Source: Raillietiella orientalis
Lineage: Eukaryota
Direction of reading: 5' to 3'
Length of the DNA: 64,000 nt
Assembly (NCBI GenBank): GCA_036172245.1
Contig: JAYWIR010000030.1
Coordinates: forward strand, 1,798,001-1,862,000
The notes beneath the pieces are model-generated. The model did not search any database and had not been told where the DNA came from. It saw nothing but the letters and a program-made list of their open reading frames with translations. The number at the start of each line of letters is the position of its first letter. Position 1 is the stretch's first letter. A program made the position numbers and the translations under genes. This document shows, one piece after another, positions 51,491 through 63,059 of the stretch.

Positions 51491-52590
51491 TTTTATTATC
51501 ATTAAGAAAATGTAAATAAAATTCGAAGGGGATGACTCTCATCTGTTTACACACGAACTTTGGTATTTGTTAAAGAGTTCTTCAGTCTTCGTGTTCATGC
51601 AACTGCTGCCACAACTTTCCTCTTTGACGAGATATTCCCGCACTTCATCGTCCAGAGGATGACCGAGCCCATGCGTTCAATACACATCTCGGCTGTGATA
51701 CTGACACAGAAGACAACCGTCAGTTCTGTCATCATGATGGAATACAGCTTGGGGATCTCGAAAAACTCCATCATTTGGGGGATCTCATGCCCGCAAGAGA
51801 TCCTACAATGATAGCCTTCACTTGAAGACCTTTCTGAGCGAGGCGAGAGGCGTTTTCCTGGTATTTTTCCTCTTTCCTCTTCCTTGCATTGTCGAATGCT
51901 TCCTCCCCGTTCTCAAACAGACACGCAACGTCCACTAAAACCATTTTGTTGCCCTTGGATAAGATCGGGTCTGGACGAGGATTCGATTCCGTGCCGGGGT
52001 CACGTTGGTTGCTTGCAACCACCTTCCATCGCGCAGTAGAGGTGACCGCATTTCTGAGTTTCTTGGCACATGCATCGTGTGCATGGCCGTGTACATGGCC
52101 GAGTGCCTCATGCCATGATTTAGGATAAGAGGTGAGGTTTCGTCCCAAGCCACACAGCGACGACAAGAGCGGTCCGCTTCCCTGCTTCGTTGCACTCCTT
52201 AAATGGGTCGTATGCTGAGCCTTGCTGCACGTGTATCAATTGATAGTCGTCCTCCGATGTTAAGAAATAGTTTGATGTTTTGTGAAGTGCTTTTCCCGAA
52301 AGCAGGCGATTCCTTCCTCGCTCCCTACCCATTTGTCCCCATGATTAGAGTAACAGCAAAAGCAGCCTCTGGATCGTCCGAGTCATCGGGTTATTCACTT
52401 CCGTGCAGCAGTGCAACAGTCGATGGTCATCGGCAGCTGGCAGCCAGGACCAGTTGCGCAAGAACTCTAGTCGGATGCACAACTTTTGAAGGCTCTCTGG
52501 AACTGTCATGATTTCTGACGGGCTTCCATGTTTCCTCCGGAACAAGGACTTTCAATAATGCAGTTCTTGCGGAGCGTTATTTCGAGGAGA
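51491..52590 (-). mobile_element. 3' end of a Utopia-like (R2/NeSL group) RLE non-LTR retrotransposon
   Basis: 'HKTSNYFL..QLIH', CCHC-like 'CRRCVAWDETSPLILNHG..H', RLE 'RPDPIL..VLVDVACLFENGEEAFDNARKRKEEKY..IIVGSL', and 'AEMCIERMG' (R..Y.EH-like). A short 3' UTR ends TAATAAAA directly against U2. Confidence 0.88.
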
Positions 52591-52599
52591 TTTCAGGAT

Positions 52600-53950
52600 G
52601 GCAGCCCGGAAGCCAAATAACAAAAAAAAAGAAACGCACGGCTACGAATCATCTCCTGCATCAGAGTGCAGACAAGGCGATGCATTGAGCGTTTACGGAA
52701 CCTTTCAGGAAAAGCTTCAAGAACCCTCCTGGAAGGCAGGGAGGAAGACCCCGCATTTCCGTCCCGAGGGCTGCGAGACGCTGCCGCCCGACCGGTCGGA
52801 AAGGAGGAGCGGCGAGACATCGGTCTGGCGATGAAGCTCCAGAAGATGGTGACCTCCGGCTACTCTTCTGGCTGACAAGCGCGTCCCTCCCCCTGCTTTC
52901 GCCTTCCTCCGTCCCCAACGAGCGCCAGAGGCGACTCAGGAGCTAGTCGCAGAGCTCCTCCGGATGGGAATAGCCCCACTTCTGCCTGACGCAGGGCGTT
53001 TTCTGCCGCCGCCCCGCAGGTCGCCATGATGGAACGCCTCCCCCTCGCCCTTCTCTCCCCTTCCTTCGCCCTTCCCTCGTCGTGGGGAGTGCCCGAGTTG
53101 CCGAGTCAGGAGATTCGCACTGCCGCACGCCAAGTGCCCGGCGCGAATCGTTGGGCAGGGAAGAATCTCCAGAGAAGGGAAGTGCAGCGACGTTCGAACC
53201 AGCATTCGCCTCAAGAGATTTGAGAAATCCGGGACGTGGAGGAAACAGGGGCTTAAGCGCGGCGATTCTAGTGCTTCCGGGAGTGTCCTCGGAGGACGGA
53301 CTCTACTTTGGCACCTGCATGAGGCCAGGAACCTCCGACACATAGGGAGGGGCACCTCTTGTGACTCCTGTTTATCTAGCCATTCATCTCCTGTCCATTC
53401 ATGGAATGGGTGAGGTCCATGCTGCGCAGTGAGGCACGTCCGCCACGTCTTCGTGGTCTTCGTTGGGTTGATACGGAGGTGCCCACCCTACCCACCTCTA
53501 GGGAGGTGGCAAGAATTCCATTTTGTCACGAGTCGTGGGGAGGGTGTGGTACGACGACATGGTTGCGGAAAGCCATGGAGGGCATGAGGCAAGTGGGGAA
53601 GATGCTGTCCGTGTTGCCAGGGGGCCCGGGATCTTATTCAGATGCTTCTTTCCGTCTGATATGCTTTAGTGGCGTTTGCAGCGCGCCTCCCTGATAGGAG
53701 AACCTCTTTTTCTAAACTCCCCAAAAGAGAGCCCTTTCCGTTCCTATTCCTTCATGCCCATCGGAGACGCATCACTTTTCCTGGATCCCTGAACGTCGTC
53801 TTTTACGTGGCCCCACATTTGCAGAGCTTGCTCCGGTCCGAGTCCACACAGCAACCAGCCGCTCTGTCTTCGCTCACAGGCCTCGCATCTCGGGCCACGC
53901 TGTGGTCCCTCGATTTGACTCTTCCCCTAGGAGAGCATTCTGCAAACAGA
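52600..53950. mobile_element. Degenerate L1 fragments (RT on the minus strand, C-terminus on the plus strand)
   Basis: Minus strand 'LESPRLSPCF'; plus strand 'REVARIPFCHE..SYSDASF'. Confidence 0.3.
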
Positions 53951-54349
53951 GTGGGAAGGAACTTCCAAGAGGTCACTGCTGCTGCCTGAGATCAGCTCCT
54001 GCTCTTCGACGATGGCACCCCCTTTCCAACGCTCACTGAATGCGGGGAGGCGGCCCGGACGGCAACTAGTCTGTTCTCCGGTCCTGCGCATGTGTGCGTG
54101 ATTTCCCGTGCGGAGCAGCCTGTGGAAACGAAGTAACGCAGCAAAAGGAAAACGATCATGGACTTCATGCCTCAAGGGGACCAGGAGGAGGAGGAAGGAG
54201 GGAAATGGGAAAAGAAATAAGCAGACGTTCTGAAACAGGGATCTACAGCATCCCCACTGAAGAAACAAAAAAACTCCGTGAAAAACATCTCGTCTCTTCT
54301 TTCACTTTCTATCTGATTAGCTAAGCGAAGCTGACAGAAAACACAATGG

Positions 54350-54505
54350 ATCTATCTATCCATCATTGTTCCATCTATATCTATCCACCCACCTATGTAC
54401 CAGTGCATCCGTTTATCTACCCATTTACCAATCTATCGGTGTATCCATCTTTTGTGCATCTACCCACGTATGTGTCGCTCTCGGTTTTTGTATGTGTGTG
54501 TGTAC
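54350..54505. repeat. Degenerate (TATC/CATC) and (TG) simple repeats
   Basis: Direct inspection of the sequence. Confidence 0.7.
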
Positions 54506-55449
54506 AGTTCTATTCCAGATTCTGAGGAAGGGAGAGGAGGGAAGGAATTTACTTCCGTCGTACCCTTTTCGCCTCTCACTTGATCGATCATCTGGATCCG
54601 AATGCTGAGTTGCTCCGAAATGCCATATGATTTTCGCTTTGCCTCCTCTGAGAGAAGAGCACGAAAGAGTGCTGCGCTCCGAAGTTTCTCTGACGGTTCT
54701 GCCGCCGCTCGCCTGGCTCTCCACCTGGTTCTGGTTCCCAGAACCGAGCGACCCAAGGCCTCACGTTTCCTTCGCACCCGGGAGAGGATATTTTGATCTT
54801 ACCAGGATTTCCTTTCCGAGTCTCCTGCAGACCTCTCGAAGAATGGCCTCTGGACCATTGCTGGAGTTGAGTGCTTGCTTCGATTGTTCTTCTCAGTTTC
54901 CTTAAGTGTCTTTTAATGCACTCCGGTGATTTCGGATCGCTCTGTGCAATCACGGTAAGAACTCACTGAAGGAATTACCCTTCTTCTTGCTGGGAGGTTC
55001 GGTTTTATTCGCTGTTATTTTGCTTTTTTTTTGGCTTTCCGCTTTCAATGCAGGAGCAGGAAAAAAAGAATTCCATCCGGGAGACAAACATCACCCCCTA
55101 CCAAGGGGACTGTGATTTGTGATACGTTTCCAAGGAGACACTCACGGAAGGAGAGCTGCTGCTAGTGCACGTTCACTTGATTCCAGCTCAATCTCCAAGT
55201 AATGGCGGCCGACACGCAAACATCCAATGGGAATAATTGCCTATTGGCATCTGTGGTACAGATTAGAATCTGTGGTAATGGTAATGCATTCATTTACCGA
55301 ATGGCAAATGGGAATGATGATGGTGAGTTTTGACGGGAATCAGCCTCTCTGTCAGATAAGAACGAGATCGATGCAGAGCGGGAGGCCGCTACTGAGAGCA
55401 TCCGTGCGAACCCTATTCTTTTCTTGCATCTTTTTCCTCACCTCAGTGA

Positions 55450-56370
55450 CCTCCTTGACTAAAACCTTCGAATTTGTTTTCCTCTTTGCAGAAGATTCGT
55501 CTCCAACAAGCCAGAGAGCGAATATCGCGCCCAACGAGAACTTCTCACCGCAGGTGCCGCTCTGAACTCTGGGGTGGAGTTGCTGAGGGCTCCTTGCTTC
55601 ACTGCCGACCTTTGCAGATCGAGCGCCAACAGGCATTTCTCCCCCACGCCTTGTGGACGGCACACCTTGAGGGGCAAGCGGAGTTGCTCAGGCTCTTGTG
55701 CCGCTTAAGAGCCTCATCGAACCTTCTTCCTTCTAAGATGGAGTTTGGTTGCATTCTTGCTTTCCTCTCTGCGAAATTTTGGACTGTCGAAAAATCTTCT
55801 TGGACCGGTGATGCGCCGATCACAGTGCGGATCCTCAGGGAGCACTGCCATCAGCTCTACCGTGCTCTTACCGTCTTCTTCCATTTCCCCCTGGCAATGG
55901 ACAGAAATGACCACTTAGTCTACAGACTTAAAACTTTCGTGCGGCCGGAGGGCCTCAAGAGCATCGTGACGGACACCTGACACCTTAGCAGATTTGAGAG
56001 TCCTCTCTATCGAAGCTGCAGCTGCTGTTGCTGCTTCCCTTGCTGAATGGCAATGGATGAGGATAAGATCAAATCGATGCGGTGCGTGAAAGAGGGAATT
56101 TTTGGCTCAGTAGAGTTGACCAGCTAATCCTCCCGGGTCTCCTTCCTTTTCCTTGCACATAGCAGCAATCGCAAATCAGCTTTTTGTGCCTCGCAGAGTT
56201 CGCAGGGAATCTGCTTTTCGTCCACAGATCCGAGAGGAGGCTCGCCTCCGTGACTGGAACATGGAGTGCAGTCCACACGTGACCTGGACCGGGGGAGTTC
56301 GCTCCCGAGAAGACCCAACACAGCCAGGACGCCTACCGAACACTTTCGAAGAGATCGAGCCCAGATCTAT
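55450..56370 (-). mobile_element. Gypsy-like integrase remnant
   Basis: Zinc-binding-like 'KQIPCELCEAQK', 'STLLSQKFP' (VDYYS.FP-like), 'SNSSCSFDREDSQIC*GV' (DNG..F.S.EF-like) and a C-terminal 'SPQQLHPRVQSGTCGEK' (PRSY..G...RN-like). Confidence 0.45.
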
Positions 56371-56389
56371 CTGATCCACTCTTCGGGTT

Positions 56390-57296
56390 CTCTTTTGGTT
56401 GGTTGAGTGCCGAAGAACTGTCGTTCGCCTAAGGACTCACGAAACTCTTTGACACTGTCCACGCCACTCTCGAGGGTGCGTGCAGTAACTCTTCAAGTTA
56501 GGGGGTACTGGGAAGGAAAGGACCACCTTATGAACCCAGGAAGTCATCCAGAGAAAGGAGTCTGTTCTTCTCGCACCTGGAAGGGGACACACCCTCGCCC
56601 TGGTTGTCTCCGAAGGAAAACCGAGGGGAACCTTTTCCTCATTCTCTCCAGTGAAACCTCCAGGAGAAAATGCACTCCTCATTTCTACTCCAAAGGGAAT
56701 GCAAAAAGGATCCGCTCCTGGATTTCTTTTTCGGGAGAGAAGACTCAAGGGAATCGCTCCTTGCTCTGGAGAGAACACCGAAGGGACGCTTCCAAATTTG
56801 CTGGGAATGGTCGCTCCCGAAGAGAGCAGAGCGCTTCTTCACACTTTGGAGAGGTATGGATCCACCAGCTCCATGGTACTCGATGGAGAGGGGGGGGGGA
56901 ACGGAGGAAGACAACGGCTTCATTTGCACAACCAAAGGGGAACCCAGAAGGACTCCTTGATTCCTAAAAGGACCCTGGAGGGTCAGCTTTCAATCCCGGT
57001 CACTTTACGGGGTCATCCGATTTTCACCAGTGCCAACCAGCCTCATCTTGAGGAGGGCACTCGAAACCCACAGCGCGCCCCCGTTCTCGGCGTCGATCCT
57101 CCAAGCGGGGATTCGAACCCACAACGCTTTGGTACGACACGTGAGCAGACCGCAGGCACACGAGCCCTAGCGCGCGCCAGTCTCCGGAGGGAAGCTGCGC
57201 CACGCTGAGGATCCAGCAAGAAGACTTGGAGCAGTGGCGGAAGCCTCTGACGTCGAGCGAGCCGTTGGCGGTGGTTCGAACCACATGGGTGGAGAA
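56390..57296 (+). mobile_element. RT core fragment of the dominant family
   Basis: 'RVRAVTLQVRG', 'ESRALLHTLERYGSTSSMV' and 'PVLGVD'. Homologous to the blocks at 1440, 13300, 35120, 46200 and 60430. Confidence 0.7.
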
Positions 57297-58250
57297 GTTT
57301 TAACCCGTTCACGCCGGGAACGTTTATTTCGTTAAAAAAACAAAACAAAGCAAACTACAAGTTTTGGAGGAGACATATCCCCAGGAAAAAACGAGCAAAG
57401 CTATTTAAAAAAAGATCATCCCGGATGACCACCGGCACGCAGGCCGGCTTCCAAAAAGAAGGAAGGGAGGGAGGGAGCAATAAATAAATTTTAAAAAAAA
57501 AAAGGGAAGGGTGGCGACAGGGGTCTTGGGTATGTGACATTCCATCCTCTTTAAAAGCGGCCGTGGATGGTGGCGACCTGCATGGCGACTCCTTCTGGCA
57601 GGTGAGGCCACCTTGCTGCTGCCATGCTGGTGGCCTCTCTTCGCTGCAAACCTGACTCCAACACGTGAGAGCTGTCACGATGACGCGGATGCGACAGGTT
57701 GTTCCGATCACAGCTCCTTTCTCCAGTCCAACTTCGGTGAAGAAGCCCCGTAGCAGGTCGGTAGCAGTGTGCTGGCGTTGACGGAGTGCCGTGGCGAGTC
57801 TCCGCCACAACTCCTGCAAGTCACTGCACTTTAACAAGAGGTGCGGAAGCGATTCCATCGTCCCGTACCTAAGACAGTTTAGGGAGGCACCTCCCCTGGA
57901 AACCAGTTGTCGGAGCTGACTGCACTGAAATTTCCAGCGTGGGAACAGCAGAACATCCTGTTTCCAGCGTAGCGGGAACATGGAGGTATCCACGCAGAGG
58001 GAAGGGACCACGAGTTCTTCGGGGATCAAACCAAGAAGCTCGTTCCACCGGAGGAGTCCATTCGCCCGGAAACGAGGAAGCTTTCACAACTCGCTCGTCT
58101 TGCAGCCGTTCAGGAGTTTTTCGACTCCTGCAGTGTTTCAGGAGAACTCCCATCCTGCCGGTTGGCTGCTGTCATTGCTTGCCCTGAGAGCAGACAGCGC
58201 TGCAGCAAGGGGTGAGACAGCTAACCGAAACCGTTGCTATCAATGCTAAA
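57297..58250 (-). mobile_element. L1/Tx1 3' end, tail-to-tail with the preceding RT piece
   Basis: 'NCLRYGTMESLPHLLLKCSDLQELW', 'ARWPHLP..IHGRF*', hairpin at 57431-57448, and terminal AATAAACGTTCCCGGCG. Confidence 0.8.
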
Positions 58251-58449
58251 TGAGGTCTCCCAGTGGTTTGCGTAAGAGACCCTGCAACCGTCGCAGTACC
58301 TCTGGGTGCACTTCCAATGTGGAAGTCCACATGGGTGGTGAGAGAGGCAAAAGTGAGACCTTACTGCGTCCTTTCCTCCGTTGCTGCATCTTCTACTCGA
58401 CTGCTTATTTGGTACGCAACACTACTTTGCCCTTCGCTCATTGGATGCA

Positions 58450-59120
58450 AATGTGATGCCGGGAGCCCGGCAAATCCGGGATGCTCCACAGAAACGCCCT
58501 CCGGGGAAAGACTCTGTCCGCGCAGGATCGCTCGGGAGAACGGGATGGGGAGACTGGGACGAAGCGTTGGGGAGGTGCCGCACGGGCGAGAATGGAATTG
58601 ACCGCGTGCATGGGTGCGTGCTGCCTAAGTTCCATGCTTCCGGTTTATCGGGAGGTTTCAACCCAAAGAGATTCTCCAAGTCGCCGTTCCAGTAGCCGAA
58701 GTAGGGCCATTTGCTCAAGCTTCGTGGCCTCGGGTCGCCTTCCCGCTTTTTCCAAGGGCTTCCCCACTCATCATCGGGACCGGGAGAAGCTTTCCGCGAT
58801 GCACGCCTGGCCACGCAGCAGCGCATGGCCTCCGGGTGCCTACTGAGCAAGGCCGTCAGCTCGATTACCTTCAAGACGGATGATTCCGTCAGGAGCAGAA
58901 GGCCACGCGGGGAAGGCGCGGAAACTGCCCCTTGGCTTTTCGGACGCCTCCCTCGTGAGCGCTCGCGCCGCGCTCCCCGGAAAAGCATCCAGGATCTCGG
59001 ATTAACAAGTCCATCTCCCTTCGTGGCAGCCGGAAAGAGCGCGGAATCAATGTCGGAACGTCCTGCCCGAATTTCTCAGGCATGCGTGCTCTTAGCGCAC
59101 GGGAGGACTGCCCGAAATTC
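58450..59120 (-). mobile_element. L1/Tx1 C-terminal fragment
   Basis: 58734-58890 is homologous to 60146-60285. Confidence 0.5.
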
Positions 59121-59764
59121 ATAATCTCAGTGTATTAAACTTTCTTCTTTTTCGGGAAAAGAAATCGCCCTTCAATCAATCGCTCGTCCGAATACATAAA
59201 TAAGTCTTAATAATAAGGGAACAACACGAAGATGGACGGGAAGGCAAACTCCGCGTGTGCATGCGCACGTGAATGATTTTCTCACGCCAACTTTCCCAAT
59301 TAAGGATCCCTGCGAAGGAATTTTCAGGAATATGCAATCCTTTAAATGTCCCGCAGCCTGCATACATTGATGTAGTGTTCCCATTAACGCAATTAATGCA
59401 CATGGTGCGTTTCTTTAATGGAACACTGCCCAAATTGCGTTTTCGCTAATCTCGCAGCGATCGCGTGATCAGATGTGATGAAAGATTCTGGGCTGTCTTG
59501 CGGGAGGTAAACCTGCGGTAATTTCATTACGCCGTGGCAGCGGCAGCGCCCCGCACGCGTCCTGTCTGCCCTTCGCGGAGAAAAGAGCGGGTTCTTGGGG
59601 CGACGGCTCTTCGCCTCGAGGAGACGGGGCTGGTGGAAGCCTGCGGGCTGCCGGGGAGGAAGAAGCGGCGGGGATCAACTTCGTGCCCGGCACCATCGTC
59701 GAGCGAGGAGGCGGACGTTCCTGCCCGCGGAGAGGAAGGTTCCCTCTTTACCTCGGGTGCAAGT

Positions 59765-60420
59765 GGTTTATCGCACCATTGCGGCCAGAGCGTTTATTCA
59801 GGAAACCCGAACAAACCATCTGGGAACCAAGTTCCCAGGCAAAGGGAAAGGAAGTCCCCCTCCCCCTCTGAAAGCCCGGAACGGGAGGGAGGGGACCACA
59901 GATAGATATTAAACAATACAAAAAAGATATGAGAGAGGGAGAGGACAGGGGTCTTTGGCTTCGGCCGCTTCATCGTTTCAGACCGGCGTTGAATGCCGGA
60001 GATCTCCTTCCTCACTTTTTCCTTGGGATGAGGCCACCTGGCAGCCGCCCTCATGTTATCGTCGCGGCCTTTCAGATTATCTCTTGGGAGGTGTGGAGGT
60101 TCCAGTGACCGAGGTAGGGTCACCTGCTAGAGTCTTGTGACCCCTGGTCGCCTTCCCGATTTTCCAAGGGTTTCCTCACTCATCGCCGGGACCGAGAGCA
60201 GATTCCCACGATGCCTCGCGTGGTCACGTGGCATGTGGCCAGCAGCTCACCTTCGGCGCGCTTCAAGACGGACGATCCCGTCGGGTGCAGTGACTGCCTC
60301 GCAGGGACTCGAACCTACTGCTCTCTTGCTTTCTCACTCTCCGCATGCCCTCCTCTCCCGCCGCCGATATACTCATCCTCGTTTCCCAATCGCAGGGACG
60401 ACTAAGGATGCACCTGATGA
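59765..60420 (-). mobile_element. L1/Tx1 3' end
   Basis: 'AAARWPHPKEKVRKEISGIQRR'. The 3' UTR closely matches 28742-28950, with AATAAACG at 59791-59798. Confidence 0.75.
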
Positions 60421-60429
60421 TTCAAGTGC

Positions 60430-61060
60430 ATCTTTAGTCGCGCCGGAGGCCGTGTGGTTGCAGTTTCCACGCTTGGCACCAAGCGTCGCAGGTTCGAATC
60501 CCACCAGGAAGAATCAAAGCTGAGAAAATGGGTGAGTCGTGGGCTCGAGTTTCTCCTGTAAGATGACGCTGATCAGCCTACATTCACTCGGGTGTGGCAC
60601 TGGTGGGGGGTTCAAACCGGATGCCCCTAATGAGGGACGGGACAATGAGAATTAACCTTCGGGTTCTTCCAGGAATCGAGGAGTGGGAGTTCTCCTGCGG
60701 TTGTGAAGGAGCGGACCTCCCTTCGAGGGGGAGAACTCTCTGCGTCGTACCATGGAGTAGGTGTACCTTCACCTCTCCAGAGAGCGGAGGAGGAAGTGTG
60801 CCGCTTCCTTCGGGAGCGCCCTTCTAAGAAATTTCGGAAGCGTCCCTTCGGGGTTCTCTTTAGAGGAGTAAACAGGAGCGGTTCCTTCGGAGGAGAAGGA
60901 ATAAAGCGGCTTCCACCGACCGGGGATCCCTCTGGAGAGAGTAAGGAAGAAGTTCCCTTCGAGGTTCCCTGCCCATGAGTGAGAGTAACGGACTTCGGGC
61001 CCTTCCTGGATTCATAGGTATCCCATTTCTCCACGAGGTATCCCCTATCTTGAAAAAGAT
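60430..61060 (-). mobile_element. RT core fragment of the dominant family
   Basis: Reverse complement is colinear with 56530-57180. Confidence 0.65.
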
Positions 61061-61929
61061 CTAAGGAGGAACCCCTGAAGATTCAGAGATGTGAGATTCA
61101 ACTCCCCGAGCCAGAACACTTTCGGTCCTAGGAGCAGCAATGATGCTGATGACGGTAATGATGCGTTATACCTGTTTGTTCAGGCTGTCGGAAGCACTTG
61201 GTGAATGATTGGTGCGTGAAATGCATTCTAGGCGGGACGCCTCGCCTGCTGATGCGTTTGCATGAGGACGCGAGACTCGTCAGAAGCTTGTACCTGCTGG
61301 AACACTGGTCAGCACCTGCAATGTCGAAATGTCCACTTGTATCCGGTACCAGCAACACGCGTTCGGAAACATCTCCGTGAGCTCCGCCATCTGGTCGAGC
61401 TACTCGGAAGTCACCCTTTGACTTTGGGAAGGGTGCAGGCCGAAGCGCCAGAGTTAATATCTCAGGAAACGCTTGAGGAGTGCAAACCTACGTCTTCCGG
61501 TTAGACCTTAGGAATGCCCCGAATGGATGAAGAGCGCAACTACCATACATCCTGGGCCTCCGACCCTCCGTGAGAAGTGAGACGAAGCGGTTCATACTGG
61601 AAAGTGCAATAAAGAAGAAACTCAGGGGAATTACGGGAAGATTAAGATGCAGCTACTGAACTTCCCTTTCCATATTCGCTCCATGCAACTTTCTGGAAAT
61701 CATGATCACCTCCATAGGGAGTTCCCTGGGCTAATCCATCCTATCCTTAGGGTGGTTTATCTCACCTTCATTCATTTATTCATTCACTGGGTCCCTTTCT
61801 CTTCACCCTCCTTTTCCTCCCTCTAGTTTATATCCCTAGTCTGGTTCGGACCCTTTCGTTTCTCGAGCCAGAATATGACTAACCTTTTCCTATGGTGAAT
61901 TTGTATTCATTTATTTGAAATAAAAGACC

Positions 61930-62930
61930 TGGCTTGCCGGAATGAGAAGGTCAGCTCTCTTGCAGGACTTTAAGAGGTGAGTTTTGTAGGTCGGCAAAGA
62001 AAATCTTCGCTGGGATCGACAGAGGAGATCATAGAGTCTGTAGCTATCAAAGATATGCAGAGGGCACTCACACGCCATGCACTTGGAAGTTCTTGTAAGA
62101 GATCGCACATCTCGGGTCAAGTGCATGCACTCCCCTGGCGTCTTTATGCTATCGGGAGCGAATTTGAGAGATCCACATTGTTTCCGCCAATGGGCCCCTG
62201 TAAATAATCAGTGAATCATTATGGATCGCAGAAGGCAGTTGTTCAAGAAAGCATGCATGATCACGAGAAGATTCTAGATTAGTGTTCCAAAAGATACGGA
62301 AGCTCCCCGAATCCAAGATTCTTTTGCGATTCAGAGAGCACTGCAATCTGGGAATCCTCTTCTCTTTTGATCCAAATGAACAGATAAAGAGGGCAGCTCA
62401 TCACACCGGTGAGTTTGCCCGTAGATCATGTATTCCCAAGGATGGCTTCTCGCGCCAGTTTTTAATTTGATTTGTCTTCAGGGAGTCTTATTTCCCTTAT
62501 TGGTTGCCATTCAGATGTGAATACGATTGCGTACATGAGAGAATCGTTTTGGGTTTCTCCAGGAATCGGCCAATATTTGCGGGCGCAGTTGTTTGGAACG
62601 CTGGAGGTCTCTGCTTCGTGGTTCGGAAATCCTCAAGGTTGAAAGTGTCTAAACAAAGGGAGACGTTGATGGAAGAATAGGCTGCCCCCGAGTTGACGTG
62701 CCTTACGTGAGAAACGAACTCTGGGAATCAGACCGTGGGCGTGATGAAGCGCACCTAATTCAAAAGAGATAGAAAAGCGTTTGACTTGCAGCCTCCGGGT
62801 GCTTGAGAGAAGATCCAAAGGTCCCTTTTGTTCGTGCAAGATTACAAGGTACTTTTGTGAAGACGATTCCATTTCTCTCTGAGTCCCATTTGATTTCCTT
62901 GATTTTATCGTTCTGGCTGAAATTTGGCAC
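61930..62930 (-). mobile_element. Possible Tc1/mariner transposase remnant
   Basis: Weak colinear motifs 'AIVFTSE' (++F+DE-like), 'SWIRGASVSFGTL' and 'FAPD' (F.QD-like). Confidence 0.3.
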
Positions 62931-63059
62931 ATAGCTGACTGTCAGCAGTGGTCACCAAGGAGACAAGTCCAAATGCCTGCTAAACTGTAAAAAGCAACAA
63001 CCACCGCATTGGTTGGTGTCCCACCTTGAGCGCTGCTGGTTGTCCTCCCAACAACAGCT

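Noticed and set aside
60437..60510. tRNA gene or tRNA-derived SINE
   Set aside because: No cloverleaf is evident, and the sequence is continuous with RT coding sequence in several copies. Kept only as a promoter-like finding.
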